This document shows, one piece after another, positions 40,118-50,086 of a DNA stretch of 64,000 nt. The position numbers and the translations under genes were made by a program. Source of the DNA: Candidatus Eiseniibacteriota bacterium (GTDB taxonomy: Bacteria > Eisenbacteria > RBG-16-71-46); NCBI GenBank assembly GCA_963717935.1, contig CAVQXP010000004.1, forward strand, positions 896,001 to 960,000, read 5' to 3'. How positions within the stretch are numbered: position 1 is the first letter of the stretch; the number at the start of each line of letters is the position of its first letter. The notes under the pieces were generated by a model. That model was not told the origin of the DNA, made no database searches, and worked only from the letters and a program-made list of their open reading frames with translations.

Positions 40118-40876
40118 ATGTCCGCACGCAGGCGGGTCTTCCTCATCGTGCTGGTCGTCTGTGGCTGCTCGTCCGCGGTTCCGGCGCGGGCGACGGAGGG
40201 CCTCTTCCTGACCTGGGTCGACTGCGCGCTGGCTCCCGGCTCGCCCCACGACCTCTCCTCGTCGTGCCTGAGCAACCTGGGTTCGCAGGATCTCTTCTGT
40301 GCCTTCCGGATGCCGTTTCCCACCGACAGCGTGCTCGGCGTAGAGATCGTGGTGGACGTGCAGCATGCGAACGCGACCCTGCCGGACTGGTGGAGGTTCG
40401 ACAACGTCGGGTGCCGCGCGGGGGAGCTGCGAGCGGGGACCGACTTTCCGGCGGCCTCGCCGTGCGTGGACTTCTTCCAGGACGAGGCGTTCAGCGACCT
40501 GCAGGGCTACTACCTCACCGAGCCGAACGGCGAATCCAACCAGGCCAGCATCCGCGTGGCCGCCTCGCTGCTGCCGAGCGCGGGCTACGTGCAACTCGAC
40601 TCGAGCAGCATGTACCTGGGGGTTCGCCTGAACATCTCCAACGCCCTTACCGTCGGCGTGACACCCTGCGGCGGCTGTCTCGACCCCGCCTGCCTCGTGC
40701 TCAACTCGGTCCTCGTGAGGCGGCAACCCGGGGCCGAGGGCGGCGACGTGTTCCTGAGCGTCCCGGGCCCGGATGACGCCAACTGGGCGACCTGGCAGGG
40801 TGGGATGGGCGCCAACTGCGCCGCCGTGCCGGTAAGGCCCGTGACCTGGGGCCGGCTGAAGGAGCTCTACCGATGA
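40118..40876 (+). CDS. Secreted Cys-rich protein, TWG-tail family paralog C (divergent)
   Basis: GLFLTWVDC, LPDWWRF, GCR, CGGC align with paralogs A/B; ends CAAVPVRPVTWGRLKELYR. Confidence 0.8.
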   Translation: MSARRRVFLIVLVVCGCSSAVPARATEGLFLTWVDCALAPGSPHDLSSSCLSNLGSQDLFCAFRMPFPTDSVLGVEIVVDVQHANATLPDWWRFDNVGCRAGELRAGTDFPAASPCVDFFQDEAFSDLQGYYLTEPNGESNQASIRVAASLLPSAGYVQLDSSSMYLGVRLNISNALTVGVTPCGGCLDPACLVLNSVLVRRQPGAEGGDVFLSVPGPDDANWATWQGGMGANCAAVPVRPVTWGRLKELYR

Positions 40877-41781
40877 TGCCTCTCCCGAGAAGCAGCCTGG
40901 CCGTGCTCGCGCTGGCCGGATGGTTCGTGCTGGGCCTGGCCGCTGGTCTCGCCCCCGCCGCGTCCGGGGTCGCGCCGGCGCAGGCGGCCCCGGGGTCCGC
41001 GGCCCCCCGCGTCGCGTCGCGCGATACCGGGCGGACGATGGCGTTCCCGGCCCACGGCAGCGCGGCGTTCGACAGCACGCTGGGAGATTCCTTCGCCGAG
41101 CCGCGCCTCTACATGGCGTGGAAGGCGCCCCACGGCATGCCCGGGGCGCGGACCAACCTGGACCTGGCCTGCGGTGATACGAGCAGGGTGGACACCCTCT
41201 ACCTCTCGTTCGAGACGGGCAGGGACCTGCCCGGGTTCTTTGGCGTGTCCGCCAGGCTCCGCTTCCACCCGGCCGAGGGCGACTCGCTCGGCGTCTTCTG
41301 GTCCTTCGGGAGCGACGGCGCGAACCCGGGGGCCCTGCAGATCCAGCTCGACCCCGACGGCACGTTCCCGTGTTCCCAGCCCTGGGTGCGACCCGGGGTC
41401 GGCATCCCCATGTTCGAGTTCCACCCCTGGGCAGCCCAGCTCGATTTCGTCTACGCGATGATCCGGGGGCAGGAGGCGCCGGTCTCGGGCCGCACGCGGT
41501 ATTGCTTCGCGCGCATCCTGCTCAAGCGAAACCGCTGCGCTCTGCCCGGTTCGCGCCAGCCCGTGTGCATCGAATGGGCGGAGGCCTTCTATTCGGGCGG
41601 GGGCCGCGACCTGCCGATCGAGCGCGGCCTGGCGCGCTACGTGACGGTGAACTCACCTGACGGGAGCGTGTGCGGGCCCTACCGCCGCTTCGCCAGGCCG
41701 GCCGCCTGGACCCCCGGCCGTCCGGGCCCGGGCGCGGCGGCTCCGGTCCGCGCGGCGCCGCCGGACACGACCCGGCGCTGA
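40873..41781 (+). CDS. Secreted hypothetical protein, probable distant member of the same family without the TWG tail
   Basis: ATGA overlap; signal peptide; RLYMAW..LAC..LYLSF, FWSF, PVCIEW echo the paralog core. Confidence 0.6.
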   Translation: MMPLPRSSLAVLALAGWFVLGLAAGLAPAASGVAPAQAAPGSAAPRVASRDTGRTMAFPAHGSAAFDSTLGDSFAEPRLYMAWKAPHGMPGARTNLDLACGDTSRVDTLYLSFETGRDLPGFFGVSARLRFHPAEGDSLGVFWSFGSDGANPGALQIQLDPDGTFPCSQPWVRPGVGIPMFEFHPWAAQLDFVYAMIRGQEAPVSGRTRYCFARILLKRNRCALPGSRQPVCIEWAEAFYSGGGRDLPIERGLARYVTVNSPDGSVCGPYRRFARPAAWTPGRPGPGAAAPVRAAPPDTTRR

Positions 41782-41817
41782 GCCGCGCTCGCGGCCGGGG
41801 GGAACCGGGACAGGCAG

Positions 41818-41851
41818 GACGGGGCGGCCTCCGCGAGGAAGCCGCCCCGTT
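41818..41851. terminator. Hairpin between convergent genes
   Basis: ACGGGGCGGCCTCC-GCGA-GGAAGCCGCCCCGT. Confidence 0.5.
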
Positions 41852-41878
41852 CCGTTCGTCTGCCGCCCGCGCGAACCG

Positions 41879-43725
41879 TCAGTCGTTCGTCGGATCGGTG
41901 AGCAGGATGCGCATGAGCAGCTCGGGGTGCAGCTCGATCCGGTGCCGGTTCCGGTGGCGGGCCAGGAACTGCTTGAGGGCCTGCTCGGCCTTGAGGTTCT
42001 GCACCGACTGGTCGACGTTGTCCTGGACCTCCTCGTAGCGCATCGGCCGGTTCGGCTCGTGAGCCAGCTTCTGCAGCACGAGATAACTCCCCTGCGGATC
42101 GGGCCCCATGACCTCGATGTTGCCGGGACGCATCTCCTCGAAGAGGATCTTGTAGTAGGACGCCGCGCGATCGTCCTCGCGCAGGGAGCGGACCGAGCCC
42201 GAGACGAACCCGGCCAGCGAGTCCGCCCTCAGGATGGAGGCCGCCGGCTCGCCGGCCTTGAGACGGGCCACGACGGAATCGGCGCCCGCCCGGGTTCCGC
42301 GCACCAGGGCCGCGAAATGCACCTTCTGCCACGAGGCGAACTCGTGCTGATGGTCCTGGAAATACTGACGCCGCTCCTCGGGCGTGACCCACAGCCGGGA
42401 CTCCACCGAGTCGGCGAACAGGTGCTCGACCCTGATCTGCTCCTCCCGCTTGGCGACCTGGGAGGTGACCAGCGGATCCTGATCCAGCCCGCGCTCCACG
42501 GCGAATTCGGCCATGAAGGGCTCGAAGACGAACAGGTCGAGCGTCGAGCGGAAGGTGCCGAACGTGCCGACCTTGTTCCGCTGCATCACCGGGATGGCGT
42601 TGTACGCCTCGAGGAAGTCGCCCAGCGCATAGCGGCCGCCGTCCTTCCAGCGGGCCAGCACCCGTGCCGTGTCGGCGGGCTGGAACTCGGGCAGCACGCC
42701 GCTCAGGTCGAGGTCCGGTCGCGAGGAGGTGCTCGGCTTCTGGCGCTCGGTGTCGGCGAACAGGCTCGAGGCCCAGGAGATGTTCGTGGTGTCGTAGGCC
42801 ATGCCGATGCGCCGGCGGATCTGGTCGCGCACCTGTTCGGTGCGCAGGGCGAGCTTCACCTGGCGGACTTCGAGCGCGAACCCCCGCGCGAGCACGTCGA
42901 AGACGGCCTGCGGCTCGACGCGCCGTTCCAGGACCTGCACGAACTGCCAGCCATCCGGGCTCGGGAAGACGCCGGAGAACTGGCCGTCGGCCAGATCGAA
43001 GATCTCCAGCGCGGGGATCGGGTCGAAGTACGTCCGCTCCAGCCAGCCGAGGTCGCCGTCGGGACCCTTGTCGCCGCGGCAGGTCGAGTAGCGTCTTCAC
43101 CGCCAGCGGCCAGCTCAGCCGCCCGGCCAGCACGTCGGCCCGCGCGCGTTCCACCGTGGCGGGGTCGTCCGTGATGATGTGCCGCACGCGCAGGCGCAGG
43201 CGCGCCTGGTCGTAGACGTGCCGGACCTCCTCCTCCGTGACCCGGGCGGAGTCCGACACGAGGCGCGCGAAGACGACGTTGGAGAGCATGCGCTGCCGTG
43301 TCTCCCGCAGCCTGACGCGATCCTCGAAGGTGAACGGCCGGTTCACCTCGCGGGCGAGCGTGGCGAGCACCTCCTTGTTGACCATGCTGTTCAGGAACTC
43401 GAAGCGCCCCGCGCTGTCGGTCCTGGGCCGGTCCAGCATGTACGACGCGTACCAGCGCTCGCGGAACTCGAGCGACCCGGAAGGCCCGGTCGTCGATGCG
43501 TCCGATGACGGTGCTGTCGGGCAGGAACTGGCCCGTGTCCGGGATGCCGTTGTAGTAGTGCAGCGGTTTCCCGTCCTTGCCGCGCGGGGCCGTCCGCGGG
43601 GTCGTGGACGTGGTGGGCTGGGAGGGCTCGACCTTCGGCCGCCAGGACTTGGGCGCGGGGGTCTGGGCCCACGTGACGGAGTACACCAGCAGCAGGCCGA
43701 GGCCGGCAAGCGAGCGGATTCTCAT
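41879..43725 (-). CDS. SurA/PrsA-like parvulin peptidyl-prolyl isomerase, frameshifts near 43475 and 43095
   Basis: Signal peptide MRIRSLAGLGLLL; FLNSMVNKEVL, LRVRHII, DGDLGWL, helical chaperone segments. Confidence 0.7.
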
Positions 43726-43814
43726 GCGGGTCTCCGGTTGGGTCGTCGGTCCGATTCGGACTGGGTCGGGGGAGTCGAAAGCAGGGACAAGTCTAGGGGG
43801 CGCTCCAACGACGG

Positions 43815-46800
43815 TCAACCGCGAGGACCGGGGCCGCGATCGTCCAGGCCGGCGCCTGACCGGCCCTTGACGTGCCGGCGGCCGCGCAGGCGGTGCTGGA
43901 ACGCGTCGAGGTAGGTGTAGATCACCGGCGTGATGTAGAGCGTGATCGATCTGCGAGAACGCCAGCCCGCCCACCACCGCCAGGCCCAGCGGGCGGCGCG
44001 ACTCCGCGCCGGCGCCGAAGCCGATGGCGATCGGCAGCGTGCCCATCAGCGCGGCGAAGGTGGTCATCATGATCGGGCGGAAGCGGACGCTGCACGCCTG
44101 CAAGATGGCCTCGCGCGCCGGCTTGCCCTCGTTGCGCTCGGCCTCGAGCGCGAAGTCGATCATCATGATGGCGTTCTTCTTCACCAGCCCGACGAGCATG
44201 ATGATGCCGACGTAGGCGTAGATCGTCAGCTCGGTGCGGAAGATCAGCAGCGTGAGCAGCGCGCCGAAGGCCGCGAACGGGAGCCCCGAGAGGATCGTGA
44301 GCGGGTGGATGAAGCTCTCGTAGAGGATGCCCAGCACCAGGTAGATGACCAGGATCGCGAGGACCAGCAGCGCCAGCAGGCCCTGCTGGCTCGCCTGGAA
44401 CACCTGCGCGGTGCCGAAGAAGCCGGTCGTGATGGTCGAGGGCAGCACCTCGCGCGCCGCCCGCTCCACCGCGGCGGTGCCGGTGCCGAGCGCGACGCCC
44501 GGCCGCAGGTTGAACGAGAGCGTCACCGCGGGGATCTGGCCCTGGTGGTTCACCGTGAGCGGGCCCACGCCGGGCGAGAGCTTCGCCACCGCGCCGAGCG
44601 GCACCTGCACGCCGCGCGCCGAGCGCACCGTGAGCAGGGCGAGCGCCGAGGCGTCGCGCTGGTACTGCGGCATCAGCTCCAGGATGACCCAGTACTGGTC
44701 GTTGGAGGTGAGGATGGTCGAGACCTGGCGCGAGCCGTAGGCGTTCAGCAGCGCCTCCTCGATCTGGTAGGCCGTCACACCCAGCGCCGCGGCCCGGTCG
44801 CGGTCGATCGCCACGCGCACCTGCGGGTTCCTGATCTGCAGGTCGCTGGTCACGTCCTGCAGTTCGGGCACGCTGGCCAGCCGGGCGAGCAGGTCCGTGG
44901 CGCCCGCGTAGAGCGCCTGGATGTCCGTGCTCTGCAGGGTGAACTGGTACTGGCTCTTCGAGACGCGTCCGCCGACGCTGATGACCGGCGGGTTGTTGAG
45001 GTAGGCGCGGATGCCGGGGATGCGCGACAGCTTCGGCTGCAGCTCGCGGATGACCTCGTCGGCCGAGAGCTTGCGCTGGGAGCGCGGCTTCAGGCGGAGG
45101 AACATGCGTCCCTGGTTCGAGGTGCCGCTGCCGCCGCCCGCCGAGGATATGAACTCCTCGACGTTCGGGTCCTGCGCGATGATCGCCGGCCACCGCCTGC
45201 TGGTGCCGCACCATGGATTCGAAGGAGGTGCCCTCGGCCGTCTCGGTCGTGCAGTTGATCATCCCGGTGTCCTCGCTCGGGATGAAGCCCTTGGGCACGA
45301 TCCGGAAGAGCACCACGGTGCCGAGCAGGATCGCCAGGGAGGCGATCATCGCCGCGCGGCGGTGGTCCATCACCCAGGCCAGCGTCCGCTCGTAGAGCCC
45401 GAGCGTGGCCAGGTAGCCGTTCTCGATCGCCGCGTAGGCGCGGCCGTGCCGCTGCGCGTGCTCGGGCTTGAGGAAGCGGCTGCAGAGCATGGGCGTGAGC
45501 GTGAGCGAGACGAAGCCCGAGACCAGGATGGCGACGCTGATGGTGACCGCGAACTCGTGGAACAGGCGCCCCAGGATGCCGCCCATCAGCAGCACCGGGA
45601 TGAACACCGCCACCAGCGACAGCGTCATCGAGAGGATGGTGAAGCCGATCTCGCGCGAGCCGTCGAGCGCCGCCTGCAGCGGGCGCTTCCCCATCTCCAT
45701 GTGGCGGTGGATGTTCTCGAGCATCACGATGGCGTCGTCCACCACGAAGCCCACCGAGAGCGTGAGCGCCATCAGCGAGAGGTTGTCGAGGCTGTAGCTC
45801 GAGCTGGTGCATCACCGCGAACGTGCCGACCACCGAGAGCGGCAGCGCCAGGCTCGGGATGATGGTGGCGGGCAGGTTCCGCAGGAACAGGAAGATGACC
45901 AGGACCACCAGCACCAGCGTGAGCAGCAGCGTGAACTGCACGTCCTTGACCGAGTTGCGGATGGACTGCGAGCGGTCGTAGAGGATGTGGGCCTCGACCG
46001 AGGCGGGCAGCTGCGCGCGGAGCCGCTCGATCTGGGCCCGCACGTCCTTCGCCACCTGCACCGTGTTCGTGCCGGGCTGGCGCTGGATCGCGAGCATGAC
46101 CGCGCGCTGGCCGCCGATCCAGGCCGCCTGGCGGTTGTTCTGCACGTCGTCGATCACGCGCCCGAGGTCGCGCAGGCGCACCGCCCGGCCGTTGCGCCAG
46201 GCCACGATCAGGTCGCCGAAGCCCCGCGCGTCCCGCAGCTCGCCGGAGGCCTGCACGGTGACGGTGCGGTTCGGTCCCCACAGGATGCCGGTCGGCAGGT
46301 TCACGTTGCCGGCCGAGATCACGCCGGGCAGGTCGTCGATGCCGATCCCGAGCGAGCGCAGCGCGTGCGGGTCGAGCTGCACGCGCACCGCGTACTTCTG
46401 GGAGCCGTAGACCTGCACCTGGGCCACGCCGCTCACCATCGAGAGCCGCTGGGCGAGGAAGCCCTCGGCGTACTCGTTCAGGCTCGACAGCGGCATGAGC
46501 TTCGAGGTCAGCGGCACGAAGAGGATCGGGGAGTTCGCCGGGTTCACCTTCTGGTAGGAGGGCGGGATGATGCCCGTCGGGAGCCGGCGCAGCACCTGGG
46601 CGATGGCCGCGTTCACGTCCTGCGCGGCGGCGTCGATGTCGCGGTCGAGCACGAACTGCAGCGTGATGCTGGTCGAGCCCTGGCCCGAGGAGGAGGTCAT
46701 CACCTCGACGCCGGGGATGGTCGAGAACTGCTTCTCGAGCGGGGTGGCGACGGCCGAGGCCATGGTCTCGGGCGAGGCGCCGGGCAGGCTCGCGTTCACC

Positions 46801-46937
46801 GAGATGATCGGGTAGTCCACGTTGGGGACGTCGCTCACCGGCAGCAGGGTGTAGCCGATCGCGCCGAAGAACAGGATGCCGATCATGACCAGCGTGGTCG
46901 CGACCGGCCGCTGGATGAAGAGCGCGGAGAAGTTCAC
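43815..46937 (-). CDS. RND efflux permease (MdtB/MdtC-like), frameshifts near 45800, 45190 and 43945
   Basis: FIQRPVATTL, PGASPETMAS, GFVVDDAIVMLENI, VKKNAIMMIDFA, RFRPIMMTT. Confidence 0.92.
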
Positions 46938-48061
46938 GGGCGGGATTCCTGCCCGGGCTTCCTCACCAGCACCTTCACGCCCGGCGCGAGCCGGAACTGC
47001 CCGTCGGTCACCACCGTCTCGCCGGGCTCGAGCCCGCTCGACACCACGGTGGTCACTTCGTCGGCGCGCTTCACCGTGACCGGCCGCGGCGAGGCGGTCG
47101 AGTCGGCGTTGAGCACGTAGACGTACGTGCCCTGCTGGCCGGTCGTGACGGCGGGGGTGGGCACGACGATGGCGCCGGGCTCGACCGCGAACACCAGCCG
47201 CACCTCGACGAACTCGCCAGGCCACAGCGCCCCGTCCCGGTTCGGCAGCTCGCCCTTGAGCAGCAGCGTGCCGCTGGCCGGGTCCACCGCGTTGTCCACG
47301 AACGCCAGCCGGCCCACGAGCTCGAGCGAGTCGCCGGGCGACTGGCGCACGTACACCTTCGGGGCGCTGGCGCGGTGGCGCTGCACCAGCGGGATCTGGT
47401 CCTGGGACACCGTGAAGCGCACGCGGATGGGCTGCACCTGGTTGATGGTCACGAGCGGCTCGCTGGTGGCGGACTTGACCAGGTCGCCGACGTGCACGTT
47501 GAGGCTGCCGGTGCGCCCGGAGATGGGCGCGCGGATGCCCGCGAACTCGAGGTCGAGCCTGGCCTTCGCGACCGTGCCCGAGTCGGTCCGCACCGCCGCC
47601 TGCAGGGCCTCGGCCGCGGCCGTCGCACGGTCGTGGTCCGCCGTGGAGATGAGCTGGTCGGCGAGCAGCCGGTCGGCGCGCTCGGCGTCGAGCCGCGCGC
47701 TGCGCCACTGCGCCAGGTCGCGGGCGAGCACGCCGCTCGCCTGCTCGAGCGCCGCGCGGAAGGGGCGCGGGTCCAGCTCGATCAGCGTCTGGCCCGCCCG
47801 GACCTCCTGTCCCTCGCGGAAGGCGATGCGGGTGACGACACCGCCGACCTGCGAGCCCACGTCCGCGGTCTCGACCGGCTCGACCGTGCCCGTGGTGACG
47901 ACCTGCACCGGCATGGCGCGCCGCTCGACGCGCGCGACCGTGACGGCGACGCGTGGCTGGCGCTGTGCCTGTCTCGCCCCGCAGCCCGGAAGGACGGCGA
48001 GCAGCAGACCCGCGACGCAGGTTGCGAGCAGTGCCCGTGCAGGACGATGGGTGGACGCCAT
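46934..48061 (-). CDS. RND efflux periplasmic adaptor (membrane fusion) lipoprotein
   Basis: Lipobox LPGC; FREGQEVRAGQ, IRAPISGRTG, VDNAVDPASGT, LWPGEFV. Confidence 0.92.
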   Translation of the reverse strand: MASTHRPARALLATCVAGLLLAVLPGCGARQAQRQPRVAVTVARVERRAMPVQVVTTGTVEPVETADVGSQVGGVVTRIAFREGQEVRAGQTLIELDPRPFRAALEQASGVLARDLAQWRSARLDAERADRLLADQLISTADHDRATAAAEALQAAVRTDSGTVAKARLDLEFAGIRAPISGRTGSLNVHVGDLVKSATSEPLVTINQVQPIRVRFTVSQDQIPLVQRHRASAPKVYVRQSPGDSLELVGRLAFVDNAVDPASGTLLLKGELPNRDGALWPGEFVEVRLVFAVEPGAIVVPTPAVTTGQQGTYVYVLNADSTASPRPVTVKRADEVTTVVSSGLEPGETVVTDGQFRLAPGVKVLVRKPGQESRP

Positions 48062-48186
48062 CCCGCGGGGGGATGGCGAAGGCCGGTCGAGCGCTTCGAA
48101 TCGCATGGGGTTCGGTCCCGGTCGTCCCGCGCGGCGCGCAGGCCCGTGGGTGGAGTGACGTGCGGCTGGGAACTTGGAATTCCGCG

Positions 48187-48192
48187 ATTATA
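48187..48192 (-). promoter_or_regulatory. Consensus -10 box upstream of the RND operon
   Basis: TATAAT on the minus strand in an otherwise GC-rich spacer; no clear -35. Confidence 0.45.
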
Positions 48193-48280
48193 CAACGAGC
48201 GCAGCGGGCACGGGCAGCCGCGGGGCCGGACACAGACAAGCGCCGGGGCGGACAAGACGGGCGCCGGGGCAGGCAAGCAA

Positions 48281-48459
48281 GCGGTGGGGCGTGGGGATGT
48301 TCGGAGGGCGAGCGTGTGGGTAATCAGCCGTCCTCCGAACATCCCCACGCCCCGCCGCCGCTCGATTCACTCTCGCACCCGCCGCCGTTCGAACCGAAGG
48401 ACGAGCGTGCGGACGATCAGCCCGTCCTCCGGACATCCCCACGCCCCGCCGCCGCTCGA
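48281..48459. repeat. Composite repeat: 30-bp inverted repeat plus 57-bp direct repeat
   Basis: Arms 48281-48310 and 48329-48358; 48309-48365 repeated imperfectly at 48402-48459. Confidence 0.8.
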
Positions 48460-48463
48460 CCTG

Positions 48464-49927
48464 TCAGGGTTTCGTCAGGGGCGCTCCCGCTGCCCGAAGC
48501 CCTTCCGGCGGGTCCTTCACCAGCGCCTCGAGCGCCGCCTCGTGGATGACCGTCGCTCCGCACGCCGCGCGTGCGCGATCGGCCAGCGCGCGCATCAGCC
48601 GCCCGCCCTCCTCGCCGTACCAGCGGTCCGCCACCAGGTCCCGGACCTCCGCGAACGATCGCCCGCGGCCCGGCAGCACCGTGATCACCCGCGCCACCGC
48701 CCAACCCTCCGCGACCTCGTCCGGTCCGAGCACCGCGCCGATGCCCGCGTGCAGGGCGCGCGCGAAGAGCGCGCTGTCCACCGCGGCGCTCACGTCGACC
48801 GTCCACTCCACCCCGGCACGCCGCGCACCCGCGGCCAGGTCCTCGGCCTCGGTCGCGCTCGCCAGGCGCAGCGCCATCGAGGCCGCCTCCCGGCGGCTCT
48901 GGAGCACCACGCGCACGAGACGCATGCGCGTCGGCAGCATCCAGTCCCGCTCGGTGTCGCGGTAGAAGCGCGACAGGGTGAGCGAGTCCTCGGCGATGCG
49001 CGCGTAGACCTCGCGCTCGACCAGGCACGAGACGTCGTTGAGCTCGCGCTGGTCCGCGAGCCGCTCCGCGAGGTCCGGCCGGCGCTCGAGGCCGCGCTCC
49101 CCGCCCTCACGGCGCAGGAGCCGCTCGAACAACCCGTTCATCACGAGTTCGCGCACCTCGGCCGCCGAGGTGACACGGGGACGGTAGATCGGGTTCAGCC
49201 GCCGCCACGAGGCGAGCAGGTCGCAGGCCCGGAAGTCGCCGGCGGACGAGCGCGCCACGACCCGGCCGGTGTCGGCGGGGTCCACCTCGGGGCTGGCGTC
49301 CAGCATGCGCAGCTGGGCGGAGAGAGAGGAGTCCGAGGTGGGGCGCTTGAGGGCGGCGAAGCCGAGCGCGAGCCGGGCCAGCAGCGAGTCGTCGTAGACC
49401 GGGCTGAGCCTCTCCATCGCCAGCTCCCGCGCCGCCAGGCCCAGCGCCGCGCGATCGAGCGAGTCACCCGCCGGTCCCAGAACGAGGCGCGTCGCGGTGA
49501 GAGCCGAGTCCAGCATGGCCTCGACCACGAGCCGGTCGCGCAGGGTCTCGAACGCCGCGCTGTCCCGGGCCGTCCACGTCCAGCGCTCGCGGGCAGCCAT
49601 CAGGCCCAGGGCCTCCCTGTCGAGCAGCAGATCGAGAAACCGCCGCGCCCCGGCCGGGGTAAGGGAATCAGGCCGTGCGGGCGGCGCGAGCCGGGACCAG
49701 GCGCGGGCGAAGCGCGCGCGGCCGATCTCGCGGCCGGGCTCGCCGGGCAGGCCGCTCCCGATGACCGCCAGGACACTGTCGGGGAGGCCGGCGGGCGCGC
49801 CGGACGAGACCGCCTCCGCGTGGGCGGCCGTCCGCACCGGGAGCGGCACGGCCGGCATCAGGAGGACCAGCCACAGGAGCGCCCGGAACGCGGGGAGGGA
49901 GGGACTCGGTCTTGCGGCGCGCGGCAT
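48464..49927 (-). CDS. Secreted SurA/parvulin-like foldase (degenerate)
   Basis: Signal peptide; FLDLLLDREAL, DTGRVVAR, RSFAEVRDLV resemble the 41879..43725 protein. Confidence 0.6.
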   Translation of the reverse strand: MPRAARPSPSLPAFRALLWLVLLMPAVPLPVRTAAHAEAVSSGAPAGLPDSVLAVIGSGLPGEPGREIGRARFARAWSRLAPPARPDSLTPAGARRFLDLLLDREALGLMAARERWTWTARDSAAFETLRDRLVVEAMLDSALTATRLVLGPAGDSLDRAALGLAARELAMERLSPVYDDSLLARLALGFAALKRPTSDSSLSAQLRMLDASPEVDPADTGRVVARSSAGDFRACDLLASWRRLNPIYRPRVTSAAEVRELVMNGLFERLLRREGGERGLERRPDLAERLADQRELNDVSCLVEREVYARIAEDSLTLSRFYRDTERDWMLPTRMRLVRVVLQSRREAASMALRLASATEAEDLAAGARRAGVEWTVDVSAAVDSALFARALHAGIGAVLGPDEVAEGWAVARVITVLPGRGRSFAEVRDLVADRWYGEEGGRLMRALADRARAACGATVIHEAALEALVKDPPEGLRAAGAPLTKP

Positions 49928-50047
49928 GGTGCCTCCTGGGACGGGTGTCGTCGGCGAGCCCGCAGTCTAGTCCGCACGCTCGTCGGGCCGCCACCCGGCG
50001 CGCGTCGGAACCCGTGTCCCGGGGTGCGGATCCTCACCTTCATCCGC

Positions 50048-50077
50048 TTGACCCTGTTCGAGAGGCATCCCTACACT
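50048..50077 (+). promoter_or_regulatory. Sigma70-type promoter directly before the C25 peptidase start
   Basis: TTGACC-N18-TACACT; ATG follows 9 nt later. Confidence 0.6.
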
Positions 50078-50086
50078 GCCCCCTTC

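Noticed and set aside
36809..41781. Genomic island integrated at tRNA-Val
   Set aside because: There is no integrase and I saw no downstream duplication of the tRNA 3' end. Lower GC is equally explained by high expression.
48281..48459. CRISPR array
   Set aside because: Only two direct copies plus one inverted copy, no regular spacers and no cas genes.
47375..50086. 2311-aa giant ORF
   Set aside because: The first ~900 codons are antisense to real genes. The true protein starts at ATG 50087 with a promoter and signal peptide.
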